The notes: generated by a model from the letters alone, not told the origin. Shown: positions 1 to 12,854, numbered from the stretch's first letter. The stretch: DNA of 64,000 nucleotides from Rhynchobatus australiae (GCA_034780895.1 JAUZTB010000076.1:33549491-33613490), one strand, 5' to 3'. Numbers and translations are program-made.

Positions 1-507
1 GGAGTGCTTCTGCATGAATCGCAAAAGGTGGGTTTGCTGCAACAATACAGGGGACTGGTGTGGCCACACTTGGAGTACTGCATGCAGTTCTGGTCTTCTT
101 ACTTAAGGAAAGATGTACTGGCTTTGAAGGTGGTGCAGAGGAGATTCACCAAGTTGATTCTGGAGATGAGGGGGTTAGCCTATGAGGAGAGATTGGGTTG
201 CCTGGGACTATACTCACTGGAATTCAGAAGAATGAGAGGGGATCCTATAGAACATATAAAATTATTAAAAGGAACAGATAAGATACAGGTAGGAAGGTTG
301 TTTCCACTGGTAGGTGAGACAAGAACTAGGGGACATAGCCTCAAGATTCAGGGGAGTAGGTTTAGGACAGAGATGAGGAGAAACTGCTTTTCCCAGAAAA
401 TAGTGAATCTGTGGAATTCTCTGCCCAGCGAAGCAGTAGAGGCTACCTCATTAAATATATTTAAGACACAGTTAGATTTTTGCATAGTAGAGGAATTAAG
501 GGTTATG
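1..507 (+). mobile_element. CR1-clade LINE, 3' end of ORF2 (post-RT C-terminus), cut by window edge
   Basis: ORF 4..525 contains LVWPHLEYCMQFWSSYLRKD, YEERLGCLGLYSLEFRRMRGD, TRTRGHSLKI and FSQKIVNLWNSLP, which are standard CR1 ORF2 C-terminal motifs. Confidence 0.95.
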
Positions 508-3500
508 TGGAGTGCTTTTCAGTAATTCCCCTAAAGAGAAGTAGGGGAATGTGTTTTTCAAGAGGAAACTGCAAATAATGCAAGTGTAAAGAGAAAAGTT
601 GTTATTAGAAGCCAGATTCTTACCATGATTATTCTAGTGAGGTCACTGAAATTTCCTTTCACTGCCGCCATCTCTTGGGAGCTAAGTTCAAGTCATTAAC
701 CTTCCTGCTGGCCTCTTCCTACTGGCATAAGTGGTGTGCATGGAGGATTTACTCTGCTCTTGTGGAGACAAGACACGTCCACATGAAATAGATTTTAAAT
801 GAAAACTACCATTTGTAATCACAATGTTTTACTGTATCACCCTGCTTTCATGATATAACTGAAAATACTGGATATGTATAGCAGGTTAAGTCATAACTGT
901 GAAAAAAGTCAGTGTTTCATGTTGATCACCTTTCATCAGAACTGCTTCCTCCTCCAATTGCCATTTCCAGGTAGTTTCTCACCATATCTTTGTCAAAGTC
1001 AATCCTCAGTGGTCCAATGGACAGTTCTGAGAGTAGCCAGCACCCACTCACTGATTTTATTTTCAGGTCTCATTTGGAAATGTGGTCTTTGATTATATTT
1101 GGGCCTTTAAACAGGAATGGAATGGAGAACATTGCTACATAGTGAATTCCAGTGAGGTGAACAGTACCATGAAATCAGCAAAAGTTATTCTGAAAAATAC
1201 ACGCAATAACCTTTGGGGAAAAGTAGATTTAATAACAATGAGGTATTTCATGTAGAGGGCATAGAATGGCCTAAGCATCAGAAATAATTACTAAATTATG
1301 TGGTGTAATGTGGAAAGGTATTAGGAATGCCACTATTTTTGTTTTGAAGTCTGGGGCAAGAGTACTGTATGACGATAGCTGTATCAAAATGAATTGGTGG
1401 CAGTGTACTGAAGGTTGTATCTGGACACATAGACCTGCACTGAGTCAGCGGCATTGTAGATTCTTCTCATTCCATCAGTCTAATGGATAGCAATTGAATT
1501 TAATTAGTAAAGCAGCTCAGAGTAACAGCACACTGCGCAGAGTGAAATGAGAAGCTATCTACCGAAGACTTGCAAAGAATGTCTTTTTAACTGCCATTCT
1601 GAATAGTGATGGAAGCCAAATGCTTTCCTCATAATTTTCAACTACAAATTATTACAGTAAAATGTGGAAGGGGGTCCCCCTTCTCACTTTTTCTTTAAAA
1701 CGTACAAGGAAAAACACACAAGCCCTCCTGTAGTTTTGATGCTAACAAGAGACTCAATTTTGCCTGGCTGGTCACAGCGAGCAGGCAAGTTCCAATGATT
1801 GATTATTGTGGTATCTCTGTATCTTTGACTTTGAACCATGACCTCTTTGTGTACAAAGAGGGTTGGGACCTACCATTTGCCATCTGGAAAGAGGGACTGT
1901 ACACAGGGAAAAAAGTCTAACATTAATCACCCAATTAAGAGCACACAAAAATAGACCATACAAGTTTTATGCAATTTAATAATTTTCTAATTTAATTGCA
2001 TTCTTATACAGCCCACTATCCAGAACTAGCAGAACTCGTTTATATATTTGCTCTCAATCCCTGCACTAAAAAGTGAGCTCAAGTTCGTCTTTGCTCGACT
2101 AATCTGCAAGCACTTTAATTAGCCTGAAGAAAAGTGATTGTTCACTTTGAACCAAAAGGAGGACGGACTGAATTCTCACCTATTGTGTGATGTGGAGCAT
2201 TTTACTAGACAAATTCACCAATTAGTCCAGTCACATACAGCAGTATTCTCTTCGTTTCTAGAGACCCAGCAATGTAAAGCCACCTCTTTGAAAATCCAGT
2301 GCAATTATGCTGAGAGCTTGAATTTCTATCTGGGTTTTGATTGGTGGGGTTGGGGTGGGGGGGTGGTTGACAACTGGGAAAACCTATCTCCAGAGGCATT
2401 TTGACTCCCCACTGAGGACATTTTTTTTTGCAGAGTAAAAAGAATGTTGTATTGATCTGATTACACTGCATTACCCACAATAGAACAGCATATTGATGCT
2501 GAGAAAACACTTGCATGATACACTACATCTGTTGTGACCTTACCAAGGGTAATTTAGGTAGCACCCCTCTGCTCAGTCTACCTTGGATCTTTTCACTGAT
2601 GTGCCAAAACATCTCACTATATAAACAATGCAGATTTTCAAGATTTTTAAATCATTTCTTATAATTGTTATGATACAAATTTCTGTTTAATAACTTCCAT
2701 TTAGAAATAAAAGTCAACTTCCCCAGAATGAACATCACTCTGATTTAATTTATTACCTGACCTGCAATGTCTATCAGAGCCACATAACAGCTTTATCCTA
2801 ATCATCGTGAGACTCAAGAACAAAATAGCATGCAGGACTGTGGTTTCAGGTAAGGTTCACACAAAGTGTAATGCAATGTCTTCTTGCACAAAGTGTAACA
2901 ACCTCCTTTGAATCACAATTACCAGGGAGTATGAAGAGAATAATAACACTTAACATTTTCAGCAGCCCAGTAAAACAATTCCAACAGAATTATAGTCTCT
3001 TTTGGTCATATAATTTGCTCCAAAGTCACTGACTCTCTCTCATTTTCTTCATTTTATGTCACAACTTCCCTCAACTCCATCCGCTCCATCTGTTTCACTT
3101 TTGTAACATCCCCAATTGTCCCAGTGCTCATGGAAAGTTACTTCAAATGCAATTACAATTAAGGATGGGAGTATCTCCAGTCAGGGAGAAACCTTGCTTA
3201 AACTGGACTCATTAACTCTTCTAGGATTTCCTTTTCTGCTTTGTTTCTGAAAGTATTTCCCTCCTTGAACTTACTTGATATTATATTTTCAGGTTCTTTC
3301 CCAACTGTCTGATAAATGCAAGTTGGATATTCTTTGGTGTACTGGCAAGTAAAATAGTCCTCCCTTCATCCTCATGTTACAGTCATTAAGACACTGGTGT
3401 ACCATCTGCTCCAGTAAACTCTTCAGTTCTGGATCCATACTCCTTCTGGCACTTGGCTCACCTAACTGAAGACTGGGTTTAGACACTGGTCAGCAATGCT

Positions 3501-5794
3501 TAGTTCCAATTCCAAACCAGAGCAGGTTGAGTTGGGTAGCTTTGGAACAGCAAAAGGAGAAAACACAAACATACCCTTATCAATGCCCAACTGGCCAATC
3601 CACAGATTAGTATGGGTTACCATGTTGGTTGAAATGGCTGCAGTTGATGAATTGGGGAGAAAAGTAAAATGAGCAAGTTTTAGATCTGTAGTCCTATTAT
3701 TAAAAAAAAATCAATGCAAGGTTTACAAGACTTCTTGTAATTTCCTCCCATGCAAGTATGTCAGTCAGCTTGCAAGTTAGGATGAGTGAAAAGGAATTTT
3801 CCTAACATCTTTCTAAACATCTTCCTGTAATTTAGATTTGTGCATCTTCTGGAACACCCTCAATTAATACTAGAAGCTTCCTCCACTGGTGACAAAAGCA
3901 TTTCTCCAAAAGAAACTATGTGCAGATCAGTTGGCATCTGCACAGATACATTTGTGAAATACAAATTAGGGGCTTTTAGTTAACATGAAGAGGTCTATAT
4001 GTGATTCCTGTTTTTCATCAGACCCCCAATATTTGCTTGGTTTACATTTACCTGTAGCTTTCTCTTATCATGTACAATGTGCACACAACAGGAAATTTCC
4101 TTTGTAGATGTTTAGCCTTTACAAAGCTGCCAACACACTGTCAATCAAAAGTATTGTGTCATAGAATGCATTTACCTTCAGGAAATATGTGTTGATGAAA
4201 AGATGGTGATGTATGCCCTGATAAAAAAAACTGAATGAAAATATTGTGTTAGTTTAAGTACCGTGGATCATTTAGTATTTGTAGTATTTTATAATTCCAT
4301 GTGCATGTAATCTTAGTGCCTCCTGGTTCTCTGTTCTATTGTGTCAGGCTATGCATTGGTAAAGGAACAGAGTTTATCCCCTCCTATCTGAAATTACTAT
4401 GGAAAAAATGCTGCAAATTATTACAATGGTGGTTAGCTTAAAAAGAAAATGCTAAAGATAATCGAATAATATTCCAAACAGATAAAAGCACAGCAAGAAA
4501 ATCTGATTATTGATAGGTCTAAGTCTGAAACTTAGTCGAATGGAAGAGAAGGTGGAAATGCCCTTTTCAGCAGGACTGTGCAACTATACAGGACCAAGAC
4601 TACACTATTACATAATCCACAAAATAAAACAGGTGTTGAGTTTGAATCTGCTCCACTTTTCTGCCTTTCTCTAACACATAAACACAGATTAAAAAAAAAC
4701 GTGTAAATTATTATTGTAACCCTTATTAGGAATCTATTATCATGGTCTTCAGCTTTTTCATGAATAAATGTTAACTAATGAATTTCCAGCTTTCTTTTAT
4801 AAAAAAGAATCAACAGGATTGTTGTCATCTGTAATATTTTCCTTAATTTGGCCCAACGAGTATTGAAACTCTCCCAGGGGAACAAATTTCTTACGTTCGA
4901 TCGACGAACCTCATTCTCTTTTTTTTATTCAGCAGCCATAAGGCACTTTATTTTACCACTTTTACTACCATCTGTACCAACTTTCCCCACAGACCGCTGC
5001 AGCTGTCCAGTGTAATGTGTTCAGTTCCTTTTATTTTCTGTCCAAATAGCTCGTCAANNNNNNNNNNNNNNNNNNNNNNNNNNNNNNNNNNNNNNNNNNN
5101 NNNNNNNNNNNNNNNNNNNNNNNNNNNNNNNNNNNNNNNNNTGTCCCTATACATAGTATATCACCACCCTAAGTTGATAAGGGGTAAAAGAAAATTCTTT
5201 TCAAATACCTTGAAAAAAATTATGCAAAAATATAATTAATTATTAAAACTCAAAAGCAAAATGGAAATGCTCAAGAATGAAACTGCACAACAGAAGGCCA
5301 CCATATGTCCTATTTGCTTCAAAACATAAAGGCATGAGATATGATGGCATGTCAACAGTGTCACCCATCATTGTGAGCTGGAAGTTTTATTCTAAATCCA
5401 GCCAGCATTTCCTATTTGAAATTATATTTGGCATCTATCCATCAACTGCTCTTCTAGTGCCTGTAAACAAATTTAAAAACTATCAGGTGCTCTGCAAACG
5501 GTGACTAACCAATATGATTTGGAAAGGAGAGGATGTATCTTCTCAGAAATGAAAACCTTCAAATACTTTGCAAGGTTATCTGCAAGCAGAGTATGACTGA
5601 GAGAGGAACAAAGACCACAGCAAGGTATTAACTAAGGGGTTGATATTTTGTTTATAAAATAACTGAGTTCATTTACTCAAGATTACTCATAGTAACACTC
5701 TCACAACCAAACCAAAGGGGGGATATTTTGGAAGTGGAGTTCAATGTGCATACATCCAATCAACATGTTTTGCACGTGAAACCAATGACAAATG

Positions 5795-5950
5795 CCTATT
5801 GGTCAGAGTTCACTTCCGAGACTTACGTAGGCTGCTACTTCACCTCATCACTGGTAGATATCCCCGCTTTTGAATGAGATATTAGAACAAAGTCCTGGCT
5901 ATTCTCTCAGGTGAATGAAAAGGCCCCCAAGCTTTATTCAATAGTGATCA
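5795..5950 (+). mobile_element. Degenerate Deu-domain SINE (SacSINE1/AmnSINE-like) fragment
   Basis: ctttt-gaatgagatattagaacaaagtcctggctattctctcaggtgaatgaaaagg resembles the Deu core as I recall it (ctttcggatgagacgttaaaccgaggccccgtctgccctctcaggtggacgtaaaag). Confidence 0.6.
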
Positions 5951-6269
5951 AGAAAAGACAAAGCTCCAATTGAAACCCTTACATGCAATGCAAAGCCATC
6001 TTCAACAAAAGTACAATGTTTTCCAAAATCAGTTGTAGAAAGAACTCTAGTTACTGTGCAAATATTTGAAAAGTAATAATCTCAAATTATAGTTGACAAT
6101 ATTTTCAATACAAAAATATTGTTTTATAAAGTTGTACTACAAAATTGAAAGCAATGGAGATTTTGAAAAATCAGTAAGTTTGAGCAGAATTCAAAAAGAA
6201 ACAGGATTTGGGGAGCAGGCCCTCATTTGAAGAACCTTTTGGAATATCCTCCTTCCCTACTGCAAAATA

Positions 6270-6770
6270 GACTTCTGGATTAATACTGCAATGCTACCTG
6301 CTCTTATCCATCTCCCCTTCCCATCACACCTGGAGGTTTTCTATACCTGGGAATGTTGAGTTGCTAATCCTGCCAACTTTCAACCAAATAGCTGTCATTG
6401 CAAAAATATTATATTCCCATGTGTTAATCAATGCCTTTCATTCATTTGCCTTACTTGTCAGATTTTCTTGTATTAAAATAGATGCAATCCTGTCTTGCAT
6501 TCCTTCCATGTCCTTTATCAAATGAACGTACACTCTGCCTTCTGTTCAGTTTTCCTTCTATATTTGGCTGCTCTTCACTCCCTACTGTCAACCTATTCTG
6601 TGCCCTATTCATCTGCCAGTTTAAACCCTTCCATATAGCACCAGAAAATCACAATCCTATCCCACAAGGATGCTGGAGTTGCTGTGGTTCAGGTGCAATC
6701 TGTATAACTTGTGCAGGTCTCACCTCCCAAGTGATTCAGTGCTACCAAAGCCAATTCCAGGAGGGACAGT
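6270..6770 (-). mobile_element. Degenerate CR1 fragment, end of ORF1 and start of ORF2 AP-endonuclease
   Basis: Minus strand reads through stops and frameshifts as CIYFNTR..TSKANE..ALINTWEYNIFAMTAIWLK.....QLNIPRY, matching the CR1 APE N-terminus (C.YFNARS..NK.DEL...AITETW). Confidence 0.75.
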
Positions 6771-7166
6771 TTTGAAAAGGGAGAAAAGACTGCCAACTGT
6801 AAACTAAAGATCATGACTTGCCTACAGGTCTGCATTAGGTAAGTCACACAGTGGGCAGGGTTGGGGTGGGGAGAGTGGGGAACATGCTGTTGAGAGGAGT
6901 GAATCGGTTCTAGGGCTGAAGTTTAGAAACTCCTTCAGAAACAATCAAAAATGAGGGTTTTGGAGGAAGGTTATGGAGGGAGATCAAAGAGCCAGTATTG
7001 ATTCTGTGTATATGTGTTAGAGGTTGATGGGGAAGGTGATTGGGGGCAGGAGTGTATGAATTATCAAAAGTGAGGGACATTTCAGTGGAGCCCCAATTCA
7101 GCTCTATGCTATCAAGATCCAATTTTCCTGGGAATGCACGGCAATGGTCAACCTCAGGAAAAGGCC

Positions 7167-8805
7167 ATAAGACCAACAAGCAGAATTAGGCTACTTGGTC
7201 CATCAAGTCTGCTCCACCATTCAATCACAGCTGATTTATTTGTCCCTCTCAACCCCATTCTCCTGCCTTCTCCCCGTACCCTTTGATGCCCTTACTAATC
7301 AAAAACCTATCAATCTCCACTTTAAATATACCCAATGACAGCCTCCACAGTCGCCTGTGGCAATGAATTCCAAAGATTCACCACCCTCTGGCTAAAGAAA
7401 TTCCTCCTCATCTCTGTTCTAAAGGGATGTCCTATTCTGAGGCTGTGCCCTCCAATCCTAGACTATCCCACTACTGGAAACATCCTCTCCACATCCACTC
7501 TATCCAGGCCTTTCAATATTAGGTAGGTTTCAATGAGATCCCCCCTCATCCTTCTAAACTCCAGCGGGTAGAGGCCTCAAGCCATCAAATGCTCCTTAAC
7601 CTTTTCATACCCAGGATCATTCTCGTAAACCTCCTCTGGACCCTCTCCAATGCCAGCACATCCTTCCTTAGATATGGGACCCAAAACTGCTCACAATACT
7701 CCAAATGTGGCCTTGTAAAGTCTCAGCATTACAGACTTGCTTTTATATTCTAGTCCTCTCAAAAGTAATGCCAACATTGCATTTGCCTTCCACACTATTG
7801 ACTCAACGTGCAAGTTAACCTTCAGGGGAGTCCTAGTGGAGGATTCCAAGTCCCTTTGCACCTCTAATTTCTGATTTCGCTCCCCATTTAGAAAATAGTC
7901 TACGCCTTTATTCAATCTACCAAAGTGCATGACCGTATACTTCCCTACACTGTATTCCATCTGCCACTTCTTTGCCCATTTTCCCAACCTGTCCAAGCCC
8001 ATCTGCAGACTCCCTGCTTCCTCAACACTACCTGCCCCTCTACCTATCTTTGTATCATCCACAAACTTAGCCACAAAGCCGTTATCCAGATCATTAACAT
8101 ATAACGTGAAAAGTAGTGGACCCAACACCAACTCCCGCAGAACACAACAGTCACTGGCAGCCGACCAGAAAATGCCCCCTTTATTTCCACTCTTTGCCTT
8201 CTTCCAGTCAGCCAATCTTCTATCCATGCTAGTACCTTTCCTATAATACCATGGGCTCCTATCTTGTTCAGCAGCCTCAAGTGCAGCACCTTGCCAAAGG
8301 CCTTCTGAAAATCCAAGGAAACAACATCCACTGAGTGTCCTTTGTCTATCCTGCCTGTTACTTCCTCAAAAAATTCCAACGGATTTGTCAGGGATGATTT
8401 CCACTTTAGGAACCCATGCTAACTTTGGCCTATTTTATCATGTACTTCCAAGTACCCCAAAACCTCATCCTTAGTAATGGACTCTAACATTTTACCAACC
8501 ACTGAAGTCTGGCTAGCTGGCCTATAATTTCTTGTCTTTTGCCTCCCTCCCTTCTTAAAGACTGGAATGATATTTGCAATTTTCCAGTCCTCTGGAACCA
8601 TTCCTGAATCTTGTGATTCTTGAAAGATCACTACTAATACCTCCACAATCTCTTCAGCTACCTCTTTCAGAACCCTGAGGTGCAGCCATCCAGTTTTATC
8701 TGACCCAGGAATGCGGAACCTAGGTGACTTATCTACCTTCAGACCTTTCAGCTTCCCAAGCATCTTCTCATTAACAATAACGACTACACTCACATCTGCC
8801 CCCTG
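7167..8805 (-). mobile_element. 5'-truncated CR1 LINE with frameshifted reverse transcriptase and 3' UTR
   Basis: ORFs 8419..8793 (KVDKSP..PEDWKIANIIPVFKKG..NYRP), 8044..8379 (VDVVSLDFQKAFGKV..WIEDWLTGRRQRV) and 7691..8227 (LGPLLFTLYVNDLD..KFVDDTKI) are consecutive RT segments; CR1-type 3' UTR near 7167-7260. Confidence 0.95.
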
Positions 8806-9469
8806 AAAACTTCATTTAGTTTACCCCACAGTGCCCCAAAAGGAGTTGTCGACAGTAAATTACATCACGTCACATGCAACAAAAATGGAAATTGCATCAG
8901 GCATGAAAGTCTCCTGCTGAGTTCCTTGAGTGGTGAAATTTAACTCAGAAATGGTTGCAATTGATTTTCAGATGCAGAAGCGAAAAACAGCATTTAAATT
9001 TCTAGGCCTATGCTGCAGAAATTTGTGTTTGGTTCCTCGTGCTAAATAGGTACAGTCATCTTGCCCATCTACTGCTCTCCCCTCTCAACATTCAGTTTCA
9101 CTGAAGTTGATAAAGTCAGGGGTTTAAAATCATTTATTTGATACGGTTAATGTCAGTATTATTCAGAATTAAAACCAAAAGTTAATTAAAAGTATAAGCA
9201 CCCATTATTTGCAAATATTTTGTTTATTACCAACAGTACTATTTTAATATAGTACACANNNNNNNNNNNNNNNNNNNNNNNNNNNNNNNNNNNNNNNNNN
9301 NNNNNNNNNNNNNNNNNNNNNNNNNNNNNNNNNNNNNNNNNNNNNNNNNNNNNNNNNNGTTTATTACCAACAGTACTATTTTAATAGAGTACACATTGCT
9401 ATCAGTATTGGGGGAGCTCAGATAGTGCAAGGGATATTGAGCCAATGGGGTGTGGTTAACAGAGAACAG

Positions 9470-9945
9470 TTGGGGAAGAATGTAAAAGAATCAGAGCTTA
9501 ACCAGAAATAACTAAGACATAGCTCTTCTGAGGAGCCAAAGAGACAAGTTAGCAAGCAATGGTGTGTGGAATAAATGGATTTGTGCAGGTTAAGATGCAC
9601 AATTGAAGTTTTCAACAGATCAACTGAAATGGGGCAGAATCAGATGTTACTGAAGTAGATGGTGGCATTGGTGATAGCACAGATACATTGCTATAACCTC
9701 AGGTTCAAGTACAACACCAAGATTGAGAGCAGTCTGATTTAGCCTCAGACAATTGCCAAGAAGAGGGACAGATTCAGTGACTAGGCAACAGAATTTGTGC
9801 CAGGGACCAAAGACAATGGCTTCAGTTTTCACAATATTTATTTGGCAGAAATTTCTGCTCATCTAATCCGGATGTCTAACAAGCAATCTCACAATTCAAA
9901 GCCAGTAGAGGTGTTGACAGAGTTGGTATTGAGGCAGAACTGGGC
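9470..9945 (-). mobile_element. Degenerate L2-clade LINE fragment (late RT region)
   Basis: ORF 9647..9862 MSRNFCQINIVKTEAIVFGP...LRLNQTALNLGVVLEPE matches the L2 motif WM..NFL.LN..KTE...NLGV.FD. Confidence 0.8.
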
Positions 9946-10309
9946 CTAGAAGTTGCTACCAACATGTCAATTAAGGCAAAAATTATAAATTAATTCCAAA
10001 CTAATTTTACTTTATGGGAAAAACTAAATGAAATATATTTACATACTATTATAATATTTTACACTTACCAATATGTTGCTGACCTAGCTGTTCAGTGGTT
10101 GGTGGAATGGCTTGATGATCAAGTACTTAGATCAAACTGTTGTTTTTCAAATAGCTCAGGTCATTTTTGTTGTACTTATATTCTACTTTCACCTCCTTTG
10201 CCAGACATTTGTTATTCATGCTTATTTTTAATGAATTCTATGGCATCCCAAAATATCTTCCAGAATGGTATAATACTCATGTCATTTACTATCACCAGTA
10301 TTTGGATGT

Positions 10310-10497
10310 ATTATCAACCTCAAGATATTGCAAAGTACATGTGAAGTGTAGGCACAGTTATAATTTTAGAAATGTAACAATTTGAGCATACTAAACTCCC
10401 ACAAACAGCAATGAGATAATGACCAGATAATCTTTTCTCGTGATCTTAGCTGAAGGATAAATGTTAGCCAGAACACAAGGAAAGACTCACTTTCTCA
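10310..10497 (-). mobile_element. Deu-domain SINE, 3' half
   Basis: Reverse complement gives tgttctggctaacatttatccttcagc...agattatctggtcattatctcattgctgtttgtgggag, the conserved Deu 3' block. Confidence 0.8.
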
Positions 10498-10693
10498 TTT
10501 TTGTTCATTGAAACAACAGAAGAAAATGAAAATAACTAACTTCAAGTCGTCTATCTTAGTTGCCCATCGTTTTTATTTTAATCTAACTTTTAGCATTCTC
10601 TGTTGAGTTTTCCAGTAAACACACTAGCTCCTGTATTTCTCTCTATACTTGCAAATAAGTAGTTCAGTTTTGAAGGGAACCACCTGTTTACAG

Positions 10694-11181
10694 CGTTACA
10701 GACTAGGTTGCTAGTGGTGAATTTCCCTTTAAGATAGAGCATAGTGGTGTGTGTCTGGCATGGTCAAAACTACAGAAGATAAAGGACATAATGATATTTT
10801 TGAAGGGGGAGAGAGGGGAGGATAGGGGAGGGGAGCCTGCTAGTCTCTATCGATGGATAAAAAACAGTAACTGTGTCTGTCACTACAATCCACGTATGGA
10901 TTTTTGGAATAATCTGGTGGAGTCCACTTTGTCGTTAACCTGTAGAGGGAAACAGGTATTTACGTGGACGGCCACATCTCGGATGCCTTTCAGGGTGGCA
11001 GGTACTTGGGAACAAAGCAGTGGAGTTCACTGTGTTNNNNNNNNNNNNNNNNNNNNNNNNNNNNNNNNNNNNNNNNNNNNNNNNNNNNNNNNNNNNNNNN
11101 NNNNNNNNNNNNNNNNNNNNNNNNNNNNNNNNNNNNATCTTTGAGAAACATTCATGGACTATGAGTTTGGGAGTTTGCGCA

Positions 11182-11250
<69 letters not shown>

Positions 11251-11413
11251 CAAGTTTAGTTTTGGGGTTAATGTTTAAGATTCAACATTTTTACTTCTAA
11301 CGATCTAACATTTTTACTTTTATTTTTCTTATTATCATAAGTAGTTATTAATAAACTAGTTTTTAACACTTATACATGACTCGGTGTGTTTCTTTTGTTG
11401 CTGGTTCATAATA
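10694..11413 (+). mobile_element. 5' LTR of a Ty3/Gypsy-type retrotransposon (interrupted by an assembly gap)
   Basis: Begins cgttaca (its sister copy begins tgttaca); AATAAA near 11350; ends cataata (decayed cgtaaca) 4 nt before a PBS; strongly similar to the inverted copy at 11960-12466. Confidence 0.8.
11186..11248. repeat. (CA)n microsatellite within the LTR
   Basis: Uninterrupted run of about 31 CA units. Confidence 0.98.
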
Positions 11414-11417
11414 AAAT

Positions 11418-11435
11418 TGGGGGCTCATCTGGGAT
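11418..11435 (+). promoter_or_regulatory. tRNA-Pro primer binding site
   Basis: TGGGGGCTCATCTGGGAT versus the tRNA-Pro PBS TGGGGGCTCGTCCGGGAT; both differences are CpG-type transitions. Confidence 0.9.
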
Positions 11436-11584
11436 TTGATGGGGTACGAGATTCATCCGGGATTAATCCAAGATTGATGAGGGTGGTCTGAAATCGAACT
11501 CAAGATTGGTACTAGAGGTCTGAGTTTGAACAAATTGGGGTGTTAGTGGACGTCTGATTGTGGCCGGTCTGATGACATTTTTTT

Positions 11585-11953
11585 TTGATTGGCTTGTGTG
11601 TGTGGAAACCAGCAGCAAAGGATATTGATGCATTTTTGGAGTCACCAACCCTAGAGGGATTAGAGGTGGCAAAAAAAGATGATTTGATAAAAATTGCTAC
11701 AAGGCTAAACCTTAAGGCGGTAAAGCAGTGTATGGAAAAAAGAGCAGTTATTCATAGAATGATAGTTGACTATTATTTGGAGAAAGAAGTGTTTGAGGTG
11801 AGTGAGGTGGCCGAGTTTCCTGAGATTAAACCGGTGATTTCTGATGTGACTTCTCAAGCGGAGTTGGAGGAGGGAGAGTTAGAGCAGTTTCCTGGGACGA
11901 TACCAGAGTTTTCAGAGGCCCAGGTGCAATTAGCAAAAGTAGAGACATTATGA
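11585..11953 (+). pseudogene. Truncated gag N-terminus of a Gypsy (probably Gmr1-like) element
   Basis: Lies just downstream of the PBS; DIDAFLESPTLEGLEVAKKDDLIKIATRL resembles fish Gypsy/Gmr1 gag N-termini; the probable start ATG is mutated to AAG at 11618; the ORF ends at the junction with the inverted LTR. Confidence 0.7.
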
Positions 11954-11959
11954 AATCTA

Positions 11960-12466
11960 AATGTTCCACGATGGAACCCATACGACACCTCAGTGTCTAC
12001 TCAGCAGTGACTACTCGACCACATCTGCCTCACCCTGAAAGGCACTCGAATGGTGGCAATCCACACAAATACCTGTTTCCTTCTACAGGTCAACAACAAA
12101 GTGAACTCCACTGCTTTGTTCCCAAGTACCTGCCACCCTGAAAGGCATCAGAGATGTGGCCATCCACATAAATACCTGTTTCCCTCTACAGGTTAACGAC
12201 AAAGTGGACTCCACCAGATTATTCCAAAAATCCATACATGGATTGTAGTGACAGACACAGTTACTGTTTTTCATCCATCGATAGAGGCTAGCAGGTTAGT
12301 CTCTCTCTCTCTCTCTCCTCTGACTGATTCCTACTGATTGCTTCAAAAACATCATTATGTCCTTTATCTTCTGTTGTTGTAACCACACCACACACCCACA
12401 CATACACACACACCCCTGTGCTCTATCTTAAAGGGATATTCACTAATAGTAATCTAGTCTGTAACA
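11960..12466 (-). mobile_element. Second, inverted LTR copy (5' portion only) of the same family
   Basis: Reverse complement starts TGTTACAGACTAG and aligns with 10694-11036; ORF 12083..12274(-) is nearly identical to part of ORF 10749..11144(+). Confidence 0.9.
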
Positions 12467-12854
12467 ATAGTCATGTGTGTGTCTCTTCAATCACCTGGAT
12501 CAAATTCAGAAGGAATATAAACCTTATTTCTTTCAAGCTGCCTCAAATCAATAAACTAATATGCATAGAGCAAAATAAAAACTAACATGGTGTAGAATTT
12601 GTGACAAGACCAAATTAATGCTACCTGTCTTTCCCTCTTTCACCATTAAAGGCAAATAACTCCATTCCAGACCTTTAACCCACAAGTAATTAGTGTGAGG
12701 TGGGTTCGTGCAAGGGAAAATTTGGAAAGTTAAGGATGAAGGACAATGCACTAGCAGCAAATAAGTAAACAGAGTGGGTCAGGAAATGACAATGCAAACT
12801 TAAGGATATACCTCCAAATTGAGTCTAAGCAGGGAAAAAAATGGTACAAAGGCA

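Noticed and set aside
3919-3944. 9-bp hairpin TGTGCAGAT-N8-ATCTGCACA
   Set aside because: Too short for a pre-miRNA and plausible by chance in 64 kb
9222-9395. 37-nt direct repeat flanking a 100-N gap
   Set aside because: Typical unmerged contig overlap, not a biological repeat or TSD
11418-11470. tRNA-like sequence as a tRNA gene
   Set aside because: Only the 18-nt complement of the tRNA-Pro 3' end is present, so it is a PBS; there is no cloverleaf
12031-12213. Spaced palindromic repeats resembling a CRISPR array
   Set aside because: Only two long diverged units inside a eukaryotic LTR, with no unique spacers and no cas genes
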